A DNA stretch of 24,000 nt from Agrobacterium phage OLIVR5. Of this stretch, positions 8,815 to 17,086 are shown piece by piece. The translations under genes were made by a program, and so were the position numbers. The notes beneath the pieces are model-generated. The model had not been told where the DNA came from and did not search any database. It saw only the letters and a list, made by a program, of their open reading frames with translations. Within the stretch, counting starts at the first letter, position 1. Every line of letters starts with the position of its first letter. The DNA lies in the sequence record MT234342.1. One strand, given 5' to 3'.

Positions 8815-9095
8815 CAGCAATACCAATCGAACCAGAGATTGAGGACATCATTCACGTTTTCAGGAATGAACATGTCCTCATTGTCGCACGCGAGATTGAT
8901 GATTTGCTCGTCTGTAAGATTTCCGATAAACTTGTCGACTTCATCGAGGTCAAATCGATCATACGTCTCCCCGATGAAAACGTGGAAGTCATATTCCACC
9001 TTCTCCTGAGGACGATCTCGGTTTAGACCTCCATTGTCGACAGTGATCTCGAAGCAAGCCTTCCAGATGTTAGGATATTCGTCATGACCTTTCAA
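8814..9095 (-). CDS. hypothetical protein, probable TTG start (MKGHDEYPNIWKACFEITVDNGG...)
   Basis: TTGA overlap of start with upstream TGA stop; GGAAGG ribosome-binding sequence upstream; no early in-frame ATG. Confidence 0.55.
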   Translation of the reverse strand: MKGHDEYPNIWKACFEITVDNGGLNRDRPQEKVEYDFHVFIGETYDRFDLDEVDKFIGNLTDEQIINLACDNEDMFIPENVNDVLNLWFDWYC

Positions 9096-9409
9096 AGCGA
9101 AAGTCCTTCCGAACCGAAGTAGTCGTCCTGTTCGAATTCCTGGACGATTCGGAGGATGTTGATCATGTACCAATCGTCGCTTACAGAAGCTCCGTCTTCG
9201 GCTTCCTTGAAGAGCTCATCGATAGTTTCAGAGACTGTCGATTTGCTCAGACCAAACGAATGAGCAAGTTGCCAGAGACCTATAATTGCCTCATCATTTC
9301 TCGAGACGTCTTCGTAAAGAACCTTCTTGAGGTTGTCGAGAGCTAGGACCTTACGAGCGTAAGAGAGACCGTCGATCTCTGTGAGAATTTGATTTGCTGT
9401 CAATGCCAT
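9092..9409 (-). CDS. small protein with possible helix-turn-helix (HSFGLSKSTVSETIDELFKEA)
   Basis: 105 aa from ATG at 9409 (MALTANQILTEIDGLS); HTH-like pattern in the middle. Confidence 0.55.
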   Translation of the reverse strand: MALTANQILTEIDGLSYARKVLALDNLKKVLYEDVSRNDEAIIGLWQLAHSFGLSKSTVSETIDELFKEAEDGASVSDDWYMINILRIVQEFEQDDYFGSEGLSL

Positions 9410-9438
9410 TTTGTTTCTCCGTTTTAAATGATGCTTAA

Positions 9439-9467
9439 ATCGTATACTAGGAGTCGGACCTTGTAAA
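9439..9467 (-). promoter_or_regulatory. putative promoter (TTTACA-N17-TACGAT)
   Basis: GTTTACA and 17-nt spacer in the gap between the topoisomerase large-subunit stop and the next gene. Confidence 0.6.
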
Positions 9468-9470
9468 CAG

Positions 9471-11426
9471 TTAAATTTCGTTGATGCCGAGTGGGGACCA
9501 ATCAGTTCCCATAGTTTTAAGTCTATCCATGATGGCATCAAGATCGATCTCCAGCATGGTCTTACGGTCGTCTGCTCGCTTCTCTTGGAAGAGAAGACTC
9601 ATGAGCTTTCGAACAGACTCGTGTTCGTCTTCGAGGACATCGATCGCGATCGGATTTGCGATATGATCCTTGAAGTTTTCAGGACGAAGAGAACCAAGAC
9701 CTTTCGCTCGTTTCACTTCCCATCCTTTCCATTCACTCGGGACGAAGTCTTCAATGTCCGTCGGATAGAAATACTTCCGCTCTTTGCCCTTGGTCAGAAT
9801 GATCAGAGGAGTGAGGAAGATTTTGATGAACGGAGTACCTTCGAACAATTCTGGCCAGAAGCGCTGGAAGAAATTCACTAGGAGTGGGCAAATAGAACCG
9901 ATACCGTCGTCATCCGCATCACAAGTAATCATGACAGAAGAATATCGAAGGTTTGCCTTGTCTGCCTTCTTTCCAGGTACGAGACCGATGGCTGCGCACA
10001 TGTCCTTAATGACAGACTCTTTCTCGCCGATCGCTTCAGAAGGAGAGAGACCGTGAACGTTCTTGATCTTTCCTCGAAGAGGCATAACAGCATGGATATT
10101 AGGATCACGGACTGCCGCTAGACCACCTGCTGCCGAGTCACCTTCTGCAAGGAACAAGGTGCAGTCAGAACGGATACGAGAGTTTGCATCTACGAGCTTG
10201 GCGATCTTGGCCTTCTTCAAAGCCTTCTCGTTTTGGTCGATTTGACCTTTATCCTTTTGACCAGAGCGGATGCTGCAGAGACGATAGATTTCTTCGATGA
10301 TATCCTTGTTGGATTTCACAACCTTGTCCCAGTCGACCGATGCGAAGCTGTGGAAGATCGGATTGCGGATTTCTACGTTCGTCAGTCGAGTCTTGGACTG
10401 AGAGTCGAAGTTCGGACCTTTCATCTTCACGAAGCCGATGATATCTACGGCGTCCAGAACATCAGACTTTGTAGGGTTCAGTCGACGTCTCTTCGACTCC
10501 TTCTTCAGTGCTTCGAGAAGGTTCTTCTGGAAATGATTTCGGAATTCGTCGAGGTGAGTTCCGCCGTTGTACGCAGGAACGTTGTTGACGAAAGTTGCCT
10601 GAGATGATGTTCCGCTCGTCTTTCGAACCAGAAAGATACCGTTGCCGACATCATCCTTCGAGAAAGGAATTTCGATGGCTTGAGAAGACTTGCCGAAGAT
10701 TGCATCCTTGACCGTCTTACCTTGAACCTTGATCCCAACTCCATTGAAAGTGAACTTGATGTTCGGATTCGAGTATGCGACGAGAGTCACGATCGATCGA
10801 ACCATATCAACTGGAAGAATGACACCGTGATGGAACACTTCTTCGGAGAGACGGAAGCTCACCGTAGTACCTGTTGTTTTCGAGTCAGATGCGGTGATCG
10901 ATGGAACGGAATAAGAAAGATCATTGCCGTCATTGACCACTTCGAATTCCTGACGGAAGAACTTCTTGTCACGATTAATCGAGAGAGTGAACTCGTCAGA
11001 AACGAAGTTGACGATAGAGATACCGAGACCGTTCGTGCCGGAGACTTCACCTCGAGACGTAAAATTTCTTCCGGCTTTAGTTTTCGATACGGCCAATGTA
11101 GCAGTATGCATTCCGGAATCTTCTCGGTAATCAATCGGAATACCTCGACCGGAATCGCGAATTCCGAAATACCTCGTTTCTTCGTCGTACATTACTTCGA
11201 TCTCGCCTTTACCGACGAAGCTCATTTCGTCGAGCGCGTTATCGAAAGCCTCTCGAAAAGCTGTTAAAACTGATGGGACAAAGGTGAACTCTTTGAAGCT
11301 CAGAAATCCCGTAATCTCCACGTGAGGGAAAATTGCAGTATCTGGTGTTCTTCCACCTAAATACATTTCAGTCCTCAGTCGGGCATGTTTTACGTCCGTG
11401 AGCTCTACAATCTTCTGGTCTTCCAT
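9471..11426 (-). CDS. 39: DNA topoisomerase II large subunit (T4 gp39+gp60-like, GyrB/ParE-type), unsplit
   Basis: GHKL ATPase motifs (NALDEMS, DSGRGIPID, GTNGLGISIVN) and Toprim motif LAEGDSAAGG plus DADDDGIGS in one ORF. Confidence 0.92.
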   Translation of the reverse strand: MEDQKIVELTDVKHARLRTEMYLGGRTPDTAIFPHVEITGFLSFKEFTFVPSVLTAFREAFDNALDEMSFVGKGEIEVMYDEETRYFGIRDSGRGIPIDYREDSGMHTATLAVSKTKAGRNFTSRGEVSGTNGLGISIVNFVSDEFTLSINRDKKFFRQEFEVVNDGNDLSYSVPSITASDSKTTGTTVSFRLSEEVFHHGVILPVDMVRSIVTLVAYSNPNIKFTFNGVGIKVQGKTVKDAIFGKSSQAIEIPFSKDDVGNGIFLVRKTSGTSSQATFVNNVPAYNGGTHLDEFRNHFQKNLLEALKKESKRRRLNPTKSDVLDAVDIIGFVKMKGPNFDSQSKTRLTNVEIRNPIFHSFASVDWDKVVKSNKDIIEEIYRLCSIRSGQKDKGQIDQNEKALKKAKIAKLVDANSRIRSDCTLFLAEGDSAAGGLAAVRDPNIHAVMPLRGKIKNVHGLSPSEAIGEKESVIKDMCAAIGLVPGKKADKANLRYSSVMITCDADDDGIGSICPLLVNFFQRFWPELFEGTPFIKIFLTPLIILTKGKERKYFYPTDIEDFVPSEWKGWEVKRAKGLGSLRPENFKDHIANPIAIDVLEDEHESVRKLMSLLFQEKRADDRKTMLEIDLDAIMDRLKTMGTDWSPLGINEI

Positions 11427-11451
11427 TGCTTTCTCCTATGAATTTCTTTTC

Positions 11452-11480
11452 CATCTAACATATCTTAACAAGTAAGTAAA
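11452..11480 (-). promoter_or_regulatory. putative promoter for gene 39 (TTTACT-N17-TAGATG)
   Basis: GTATTTACT element and 17-nt spacer upstream of gene 39 ATG. Confidence 0.5.
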
Positions 11481-11500
11481 TACAAAAATGGAGTCGTTAA

Positions 11501-12103
11501 ATGAAAAGTGTCACTTACGTCATAATTTGCAAGGAAGAAGGAATGCCTCCATTTTATGTAGGACATACTTCTTTCAGGAGATTCACCGAGGAAAATTATC
11601 ACGGAAGTCCTAAATCTAGGAAATGGAAAAAGAAATGGAACGAACTCGTGAAAGATAAACCAGAATCCTTTAAAAGGAAAATCTTAAAGGTGTTCGAGAC
11701 TAAAGACGAGGCTATTGAACATGAAATTGAAATTCTAAGTCATTTTAATGCCCATAAGTCTGATCTCTTCGTCAATATGACTATCGGAGGAAATAAATTC
11801 TATAGGACAGGACCTCTTACGAAAGAGGCAAAAGAAAAGATGAGTCGTTCGACGAAAGGCATAAAGAAGAAACCTGAGACTGTGGAAAGGATGTCCGCTG
11901 CTCAGAAAGGAAAGAAGAAGAGCGAGGAACATAGGAAAAAGCTTTCCTTGGCTCTAAAAGGGAAATCCCTAGAACAGACACACAGAAATAAAATCTCTGA
12001 ATCCTTGAAAGGTCGTGTCATGACTGAAGAACATAAGCGGCGATTGTCTGAAGCTCGTAAGAGAACAATCGCCGCTAAGAAGCTTTTAGCTCAGTCATTG
12101 TAA
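11501..12103 (+). CDS. GIY-YIG homing endonuclease-like protein with C-terminal NUMOD3-like repeats
   Basis: VTYVIICKEEGMPPFYVG GIY-YIG variant; repeated helical S.KG...S.E.....S..KG segments; opposite strand to surrounding core genes; paralog of 16280-17077. Confidence 0.85.
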   Translation: MKSVTYVIICKEEGMPPFYVGHTSFRRFTEENYHGSPKSRKWKKKWNELVKDKPESFKRKILKVFETKDEAIEHEIEILSHFNAHKSDLFVNMTIGGNKFYRTGPLTKEAKEKMSRSTKGIKKKPETVERMSAAQKGKKKSEEHRKKLSLALKGKSLEQTHRNKISESLKGRVMTEEHKRRLSEARKRTIAAKKLLAQSL

Positions 12104-12450
12104 ACAATAAATTTCCATCCGACGAGAGATTCTGGAGGATTGTATGGTTCAAAGACTTCGTAGAGAAGGTCTCCGTCGACAATCTTTTGTTCTTTTAGAA
12201 TGAAGAGGCATTTCTGTCCGGTATTACGAGATGACATGATGAAGCCTACGTCGTTCTGACCGAGCCATACTCTGCGCTTCATATTGAATGGAGCGTTCTC
12301 ACGAGTGGAAAAGAAGTCAGAGACGTTTCCGATCATCCTCTTTTCTTTCGAACGGAAAGTCATATTCCCGAGCCAGACAGTGAGGATTTCGAGATGAAGC
12401 GATCCGTGGATACGGTGGCTGTCTCTTATCGCTTTCGTATATGCACCCAT
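12091..12450 (-). CDS. hypothetical protein (MGAYTKAIRDSHRIHGSLHLE...)
   Basis: 119 aa from ATG at 12450, convergent 13-nt overlap with the GIY-YIG gene. Confidence 0.55.
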   Translation of the reverse strand: MGAYTKAIRDSHRIHGSLHLEILTVWLGNMTFRSKEKRMIGNVSDFFSTRENAPFNMKRRVWLGQNDVGFIMSSRNTGQKCLFILKEQKIVDGDLLYEVFEPYNPPESLVGWKFIVYND

Positions 12451-12463
12451 TTTAATCCCTCGA

Positions 12464-12495
12464 ATGGTGTATGATTCGAGAGGACCATACACCAT
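12464..12495. repeat. 10-bp perfect inverted repeat (ATGGTGTATG / CATACACCAT), 12-nt loop
   Basis: Arms 12464-12473 and 12486-12495; right arm overlaps the -10-like TATGGT. Confidence 0.85.
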
Positions 12496-12512
12496 GTCAA
12501 GGTTAAAGTGAA
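12484..12512 (-). promoter_or_regulatory. putative promoter (TTCACT-N17-TATGGT)
   Basis: GTATTCACT with 17-nt spacer; -10 identical to that at 18465-18470. Confidence 0.5.
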
Positions 12513-13495
12513 TACACGTTTTCGAGAAATTTTATGTAGGTTCGAACAGATTTTTCCAGGTCTCTCGAGGCTTTGAAACCTATATGCTTCTCAGATTTCG
12601 AAGGATCGCAGATCAAAGAAGAAACATCTCCAGGTCGACGGTCTTGGAATTCGACGTTGATTTTCTCGCCATAGACATTCTCAAATGCTCGAATAACTTC
12701 TAGGACAGAATATCCTTTTCCGACTCCGATGTTTAAGACGTCGACGTCTAAGAACTTGTAAAATCCTGTTCCCATTGATTGGATATGAGCGTCGATGAGG
12801 TCATCGATGTCGATATAATCTCGAACTCCAGTTCCGTCTGGAGTTTCGTAATCGTCTCCAAAGATTCTCACTTTCTCGTTACGACCGAGGAGATAGAGCC
12901 CGATGACAGGGAACAAGTTTGTGGCTATGAGTCCGTCATCTCCGAGCATGCAATCGACACCTGCGCCGACCGGATTGAAGTATCGAAGGATGGTAGCTTT
13001 CGTTCCATTAGTCTTGCACCAATCTCCGATAATGTTTTCGCACATTAACTTCGAACTTGCATACGGATTCGTTGGATAGACCATAGAATATTCTTTGATC
13101 TTCTCTTCGAAGACGTCGCCGTATACTGCTGCGGTCGAAGAGAAGATAAACTTCTTTAGGACCGCCGGATTGAGAGCTTGGAGCAGCGCAGTAGTCGCGG
13201 AGATATTTCCTTGATAATACTTCAGAGGATTCGAAACAGACTCACCCACAGACTTATGCCCTGCAAGATGGAAGACGTACTCTATCTTTCCGAGTCCTGA
13301 GAACTCGTCTTTGCCGAGAGTTCCTAATTCAATATCGAGAGTCTCGTTCGTGAGGTATTCGATGGTCGGCACGACGCTCGGATGAGAGTTCGAATTATCA
13401 TCGATGACCTTCACTTCATGACCGTTACGAATGAGCCGAGTGACGAGGTTCGATCCGATGTACCCTAGACCGCCGGTTACGAGGATTTTAGACAA
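12503..13495 (-). CDS. galE: UDP-glucose 4-epimerase-like (extended SDR family)
   Basis: TGGLGYIGSNL Rossmann motif, YPTNPYASSKLMCE active-site YxxxK, LRYFNPVGA. Confidence 0.88.
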   Translation of the reverse strand: MSKILVTGGLGYIGSNLVTRLIRNGHEVKVIDDNSNSHPSVVPTIEYLTNETLDIELGTLGKDEFSGLGKIEYVFHLAGHKSVGESVSNPLKYYQGNISATTALLQALNPAVLKKFIFSSTAAVYGDVFEEKIKEYSMVYPTNPYASSKLMCENIIGDWCKTNGTKATILRYFNPVGAGVDCMLGDDGLIATNLFPVIGLYLLGRNEKVRIFGDDYETPDGTGVRDYIDIDDLIDAHIQSMGTGFYKFLDVDVLNIGVGKGYSVLEVIRAFENVYGEKINVEFQDRRPGDVSSLICDPSKSEKHIGFKASRDLEKSVRTYIKFLENVYSL

Positions 13496-13706
13496 AGAGT
13501 TCTCCTTGGTGTTTCACGTCGAAATGAATGTGGCCGATCGAAGGAGTCGGCTTGAAGTAAACGTCGACGCCGTTTTCCTTATACTCTATCTTCCAACCCG
13601 GTTCGATCTTTCGTTCCTTCATGAGGAAAAGAAAAAGATCGTGGATATCGTCCACCTTTGTAAGGAGGGCGAATCGCTTCTTATATTCCGACCTCATGTC
13701 CTCCAA
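13488..13706 (-). CDS. hypothetical small protein
   Basis: About 70-aa ORF; start either TTG 13706 or ATG 13697. Confidence 0.5.
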   Translation of the reverse strand: MEDMRSEYKKRFALLTKVDDIHDLFLFLMKERKIEPGWKIEYKENGVDVYFKPTPSIGHIHFDVKHQGELFV

Positions 13707-13757
13707 GACCTCCGGATCAGTGACTCCTTCAGTCTCGTCGAAATGTCGTCGATGAGA

Positions 13758-14339
13758 TTATTGATCCTTTCGATCATAGCGGTAAATAGTTCTCACAAGT
13801 TCATCACGAAGGTCTTCCATCATCCACGCACCAGAGTCATAGGTGAGAGAGTTCTTTGGAGCGACCTTGTCTATCGAAGCCTTGACGGCATCATAATTTT
13901 TCACTTCGAAGGAGTTTTCTTTTGCTCCTCGGTACATCATTCCGATCTTCGAGACGGAAAGGAAAACCGGGACATGCACGATATTGTACTTGTCGAGGAT
14001 ATAGTCACATTGGACCTGAAGGGAAAGAGCTTCAGGGAAATTTCCTCTCATGTCCATATAAATCATCGACGACAAGAATGACCTCGGCATAATGACCTTG
14101 TTGTTGCCGTAATCTTCCATGTAAGCGACGACTTCGAGGAGCTCAGAAATCGCCAATGCCTTGCTCACACTCACAGAAGTCACAGGGTCTTGGAAGAGTT
14201 CCTTGGCCTGGTTCGAATACCTCGTTTCATGAAAATAGTAACCGCGAACACTTGGGAACTGACGAAGCATTTCAGGTTTCGCCAGAGTCGACTTGCCTGT
14301 ACGATCCATGCCGTCCAGAGTCATGAGAATTTTCTTCAA
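13758..14339 (-). CDS. P-loop nucleoside/nucleotide kinase-like (thymidylate-kinase-like fold)
   Basis: LDGMDRTGKST Walker A; the TTG start at 14339 gives a complete first beta strand (KKILMTLDG); TTGA overlap with upstream stop. Confidence 0.65.
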   Translation of the reverse strand: MKKILMTLDGMDRTGKSTLAKPEMLRQFPSVRGYYFHETRYSNQAKELFQDPVTSVSVSKALAISELLEVVAYMEDYGNNKVIMPRSFLSSMIYMDMRGNFPEALSLQVQCDYILDKYNIVHVPVFLSVSKIGMMYRGAKENSFEVKNYDAVKASIDKVAPKNSLTYDSGAWMMEDLRDELVRTIYRYDRKDQ

Positions 14340-14662
14340 TCCTTTATCTCCATAAAGATATCATCGAGAGAATCTTCGCGATGAGTTGAAATTACGAATG
14401 ATCTTATCATCCAGAAGAAGTTTTGTGAAATAGAAAATTCCCAGGATTGAGGAATTCCTTCGAGTTTGATCACGGACATCCAGGAGTCCGGCTCGACAAG
14501 AGGACCTTCAAGCGTGTTGTAAAGATCGAAACGATATCCATCATGAATGAAAGTCACGACAATGCCATAACCTTCGTTCTTGCTGACATACTTCTTTTCG
14601 AAGTCGCCTTTACGAACGATGTTCAGTATCCGATTGAGGTGTTCCGGAGAAAGACTGTTCAT
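14336..14662 (-). CDS. hypothetical protein
   Basis: 108-aa ORF, 4-nt overlaps on both sides. Confidence 0.6.
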   Translation of the reverse strand: MNSLSPEHLNRILNIVRKGDFEKKYVSKNEGYGIVVTFIHDGYRFDLYNTLEGPLVEPDSWMSVIKLEGIPQSWEFSISQNFFWMIRSFVISTHREDSLDDIFMEIKD

Positions 14663-14937
14663 TTCTCGAGACCTTCGATCCGATGCTTCTGCTCGAGATA
14701 AGCCTTGATCAAATCTTCACGGTTCTTGAAACCGGTCTCGCGTTCGATCAGCGTGTCTTCGAGGTCAGGAGTGTGTTCCTTATCGTAGAAGGTGAGGAAT
14801 TCCACGAAGGACTCGACGCCGGAATAATTCAGAGTGTCGATAACCTTCACAGATTTGATGCCGACTCCTTCCTTCATGTGAAGAGGGAGGTGAGGGTTCA
14901 CACCTTCGAGGATTTCGAGAAGATCAGAGACTCTCAT
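14659..14937 (-). CDS. hypothetical protein
   Basis: 92-aa ORF, ATGA-type overlap. Confidence 0.6.
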   Translation of the reverse strand: MRVSDLLEILEGVNPHLPLHMKEGVGIKSVKVIDTLNYSGVESFVEFLTFYDKEHTPDLEDTLIERETGFKNREDLIKAYLEQKHRIEGLEK

Positions 14938-15284
14938 TTGTTCTTCCTTTCTATTGCTTCGACTCGTTCCTTTAATGAATTCAGAGTGAAGTCTTTCCTG
15001 ATTTTAGTCCAACGAATTTCATTCGCGAACGTTTCCACATCCTTGAAGAAATCCATTGATGCTCCGTAAACGTCGAAATCATCCTCGTCGTTATCAGCAG
15101 AGAATATCGAAACGTCGAAACCTTCTCGACCTTCGTATTGTTCAATGTTGAAGAGAGCAGAACCAATCTCGATAGAAATCCCGGTCTGACGGACGGATCG
15201 AACGTTGGCGATATTGACGTTCTCTTTCAGGAACGAGAGGAGTTCTTCTTCGACTCCTTTTGACGATTTGAATTCCGGTGTCAT
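14934..15284 (-). CDS. hypothetical protein, possibly paralogous to 15281-15619
   Basis: 116-aa ORF; EEELLSFLKENVNIANVRSVRQTGISIEI. Confidence 0.6.
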   Translation of the reverse strand: MTPEFKSSKGVEEELLSFLKENVNIANVRSVRQTGISIEIGSALFNIEQYEGREGFDVSIFSADNDEDDFDVYGASMDFFKDVETFANEIRWTKIRKDFTLNSLKERVEAIERKNK

Positions 15285-15619
15285 CGCGATGCCTCGTCTA
15301 TGATTTTCTTGAAAGTGGAAATAACATCCGCAGGACCTTTGTATTCAAAGTCGAACATGTTCGTGAGCTCGCCGAAGAGACTCAATGACATGTCCATGAG
15401 AACGAACGAGATGTACCCGTTCTTCGAAGCTCCGTCGAATTCCGCGAAGATATAATCTTTGTTATCGAACGTCGTGTTCCGATAGACGGAGACACTCATG
15501 TTTTCGAGCGTGAACGAAATCGAATGAGTGAAGACCTGGGCATTTTTGATCATGTCGAGGTTGTTCTTGACGAAATTGAGGAACTCGTCTTCGTGAGTCT
15601 GAGTAGCTTTAATTCTCAT
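15281..15619 (-). CDS. hypothetical protein, possibly paralogous to 14934-15284
   Basis: 112-aa ORF; EDEFLNFVKNNLDMIKNAQVFTHSISFTL aligns with its neighbour. Confidence 0.6.
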   Translation of the reverse strand: MRIKATQTHEDEFLNFVKNNLDMIKNAQVFTHSISFTLENMSVSVYRNTTFDNKDYIFAEFDGASKNGYISFVLMDMSLSLFGELTNMFDFEYKGPADVISTFKKIIDEASR

Positions 15620-15822
15620 TTCGATGTCTCCAAAACAGTTTGAGGAATGCAGGCGTACCGGATAATTTTAGACGATGAAGCGTCGTTGAGAATTTCAGCA
15701 TTCTTTTCGCATTGAGTCTTTGTCTCGAAGACAGGAAATCTTCCGGTTGTTGTCCAATAATCAGTGATCGGACCACCATTGGAATTGAACATGACGAGGG
15801 TGAAGCAGATGACCTTAATCAT
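15616..15822 (-). CDS. hypothetical small protein
   Basis: 68-aa ORF with 4-nt overlap. Confidence 0.5.
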   Translation of the reverse strand: MIKVICFTLVMFNSNGGPITDYWTTTGRFPVFETKTQCEKNAEILNDASSSKIIRYACIPQTVLETSK

Positions 15823-16162
15823 TGATCTCGATACCTTGTTCTTCTGCAGCGAGCTTGACGAGGTTTTCTACGATGGGATCGCAATGATCCATCAGCATGT
15901 CCCACATGTTGCATCGAACATATGTCTTGACTCTGCTCGAGCTGAGACCGAAGATGGAATTGATGAGTCGTGCTCTGTTCATTCCACCATTGTTGAAAAT
16001 GTCGTAATAGGCATTGGATGCCTTGCGGAAATTGTTGAGGTGTTTGTTCTTGGAACCTTTGATTTCGCCAGTTTCGAAGTCGGCTTTATTATCAACGAGA
16101 TCGTCAAGAGCGTGGACAACCTTGGAAAGCTTGTGGTTTCCGTTCCAGAAAGATACCTTCAT
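15815..16162 (-). CDS. hypothetical protein
   Basis: 115-aa ORF, downstream of promoter-like element. Confidence 0.6.
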   Translation of the reverse strand: MKVSFWNGNHKLSKVVHALDDLVDNKADFETGEIKGSKNKHLNNFRKASNAYYDIFNNGGMNRARLINSIFGLSSSRVKTYVRCNMWDMLMDHCDPIVENLVKLAAEEQGIEIND

Positions 16163-16195
16163 TTTGAAATCTCCGTTTCGTGTTTCGTTATGTTC

Positions 16196-16224
16196 TTTCT
16201 AACTTAAACCTTGGTCTTTGTAAA
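16196..16224 (-). promoter_or_regulatory. putative promoter (TTTACA-N17-TAGAAA)
   Basis: GTATTTACA plus 17-nt spacer upstream of the 16162 gene. Confidence 0.55.
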
Positions 16225-16279
16225 TACGAAAAGTGCAAGTTCCTTAAATAAACATCTACTAAATAGAAAGGATAATGAA

Positions 16280-17077
16280 ATGAGGAAATGGTACTTTTAC
16301 GTAATCACTTATAGCGGAGACAAATTGCCTCCGTTTTATGTAGGATTTGTGAATTCGGATTCCTTCGATAATAAGAACTATCACGGCTCCGTCAAATCAA
16401 AGAAATGGAAGAAAACTTGGTTCTCCGAATTAGAGGAAAATCCTCATTTCTTTAGAAGGAAGGCTCTAAGAACTTTCGATACAAAGAAGGAAGCAAAAGA
16501 CTTCGAGAAAGAATTTATTAATCATTTCAGAGCGCACAAATCCGATCTCTTTGTGAATCTCTCTAATGGAGGGAACGAACATTTCGGCGGGCAGATAGGA
16601 CCTCTCAGCGAAGATCACAAAGACAGTATTAGAAAAGGTTCTAAGAAATCCTGGGACGAGTCCGATGACCATAGAAGATTAGCTGCGTCAGAAAGAATGA
16701 AAACTATAAATCGCGATGACGAATGGGAAAACAATAGAAAACAGGCAGTAGCTAAGGCTCGAAAAGATAAGGCAGATTTCATAGGTCCTCATCTTCCTCC
16801 TAAGAATAAAGGGAAACCTTCGAAAACGATCTGGACCGAAGAAATGAGAAAGACAAAATCTGAAAAGATGAAAGGGAAGAAGTGGTCAGACGATACAAAG
16901 GCTAAAGCGAGCGAGATTCTTAGTAAACCTGGATGTTTTAAGAATCCTGAAGGAGTTATCGTTTACTATAAAGGATTTGGTAAATTCTGCGCATCTATCG
17001 GGATAGGCGTACGAGAGATGCGCAGGGTTAGAGACGGTGTTCTAGAATCTTACAAGGGATGGACGAGAGTAGATTAA
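16280..17077 (+). CDS. GIY-YIG homing endonuclease-like protein with NUMOD3-like repeats
   Basis: WYFYVITYSGDKLPPFYVG; NYHGSVKSKKWKKTW and HFRAHKSDLFVNL match the first GIY-YIG protein; real ATG at 16280 with AAAGGA upstream. Confidence 0.85.
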   Translation: MRKWYFYVITYSGDKLPPFYVGFVNSDSFDNKNYHGSVKSKKWKKTWFSELEENPHFFRRKALRTFDTKKEAKDFEKEFINHFRAHKSDLFVNLSNGGNEHFGGQIGPLSEDHKDSIRKGSKKSWDESDDHRRLAASERMKTINRDDEWENNRKQAVAKARKDKADFIGPHLPPKNKGKPSKTIWTEEMRKTKSEKMKGKKWSDDTKAKASEILSKPGCFKNPEGVIVYYKGFGKFCASIGIGVREMRRVRDGVLESYKGWTRVD

Positions 17078-17086
17078 TCTACTCTC
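17065..17086. repeat. 22-bp perfect palindrome GAGAGTAGATTAATCTACTCTC spanning two convergent stop codons
   Basis: Read directly; both convergent ORFs end ...RVD-stop inside it. Confidence 0.9.

Noticed and set aside
10680-11267. + strand ORF of 195 aa
   Set aside because: Antisense to conserved GHKL ATPase region of gene 39.
13431-14081. + strand ORF of 216 aa
   Set aside because: Antisense across galE end, a small ORF and the kinase-like gene; no motif or ribosome-binding support.
15764-16207. + strand ORF of 147 aa near the second GIY-YIG gene
   Set aside because: Antisense to the 15815-16162 gene; unlike the endonuclease genes it has no recognisable domain.
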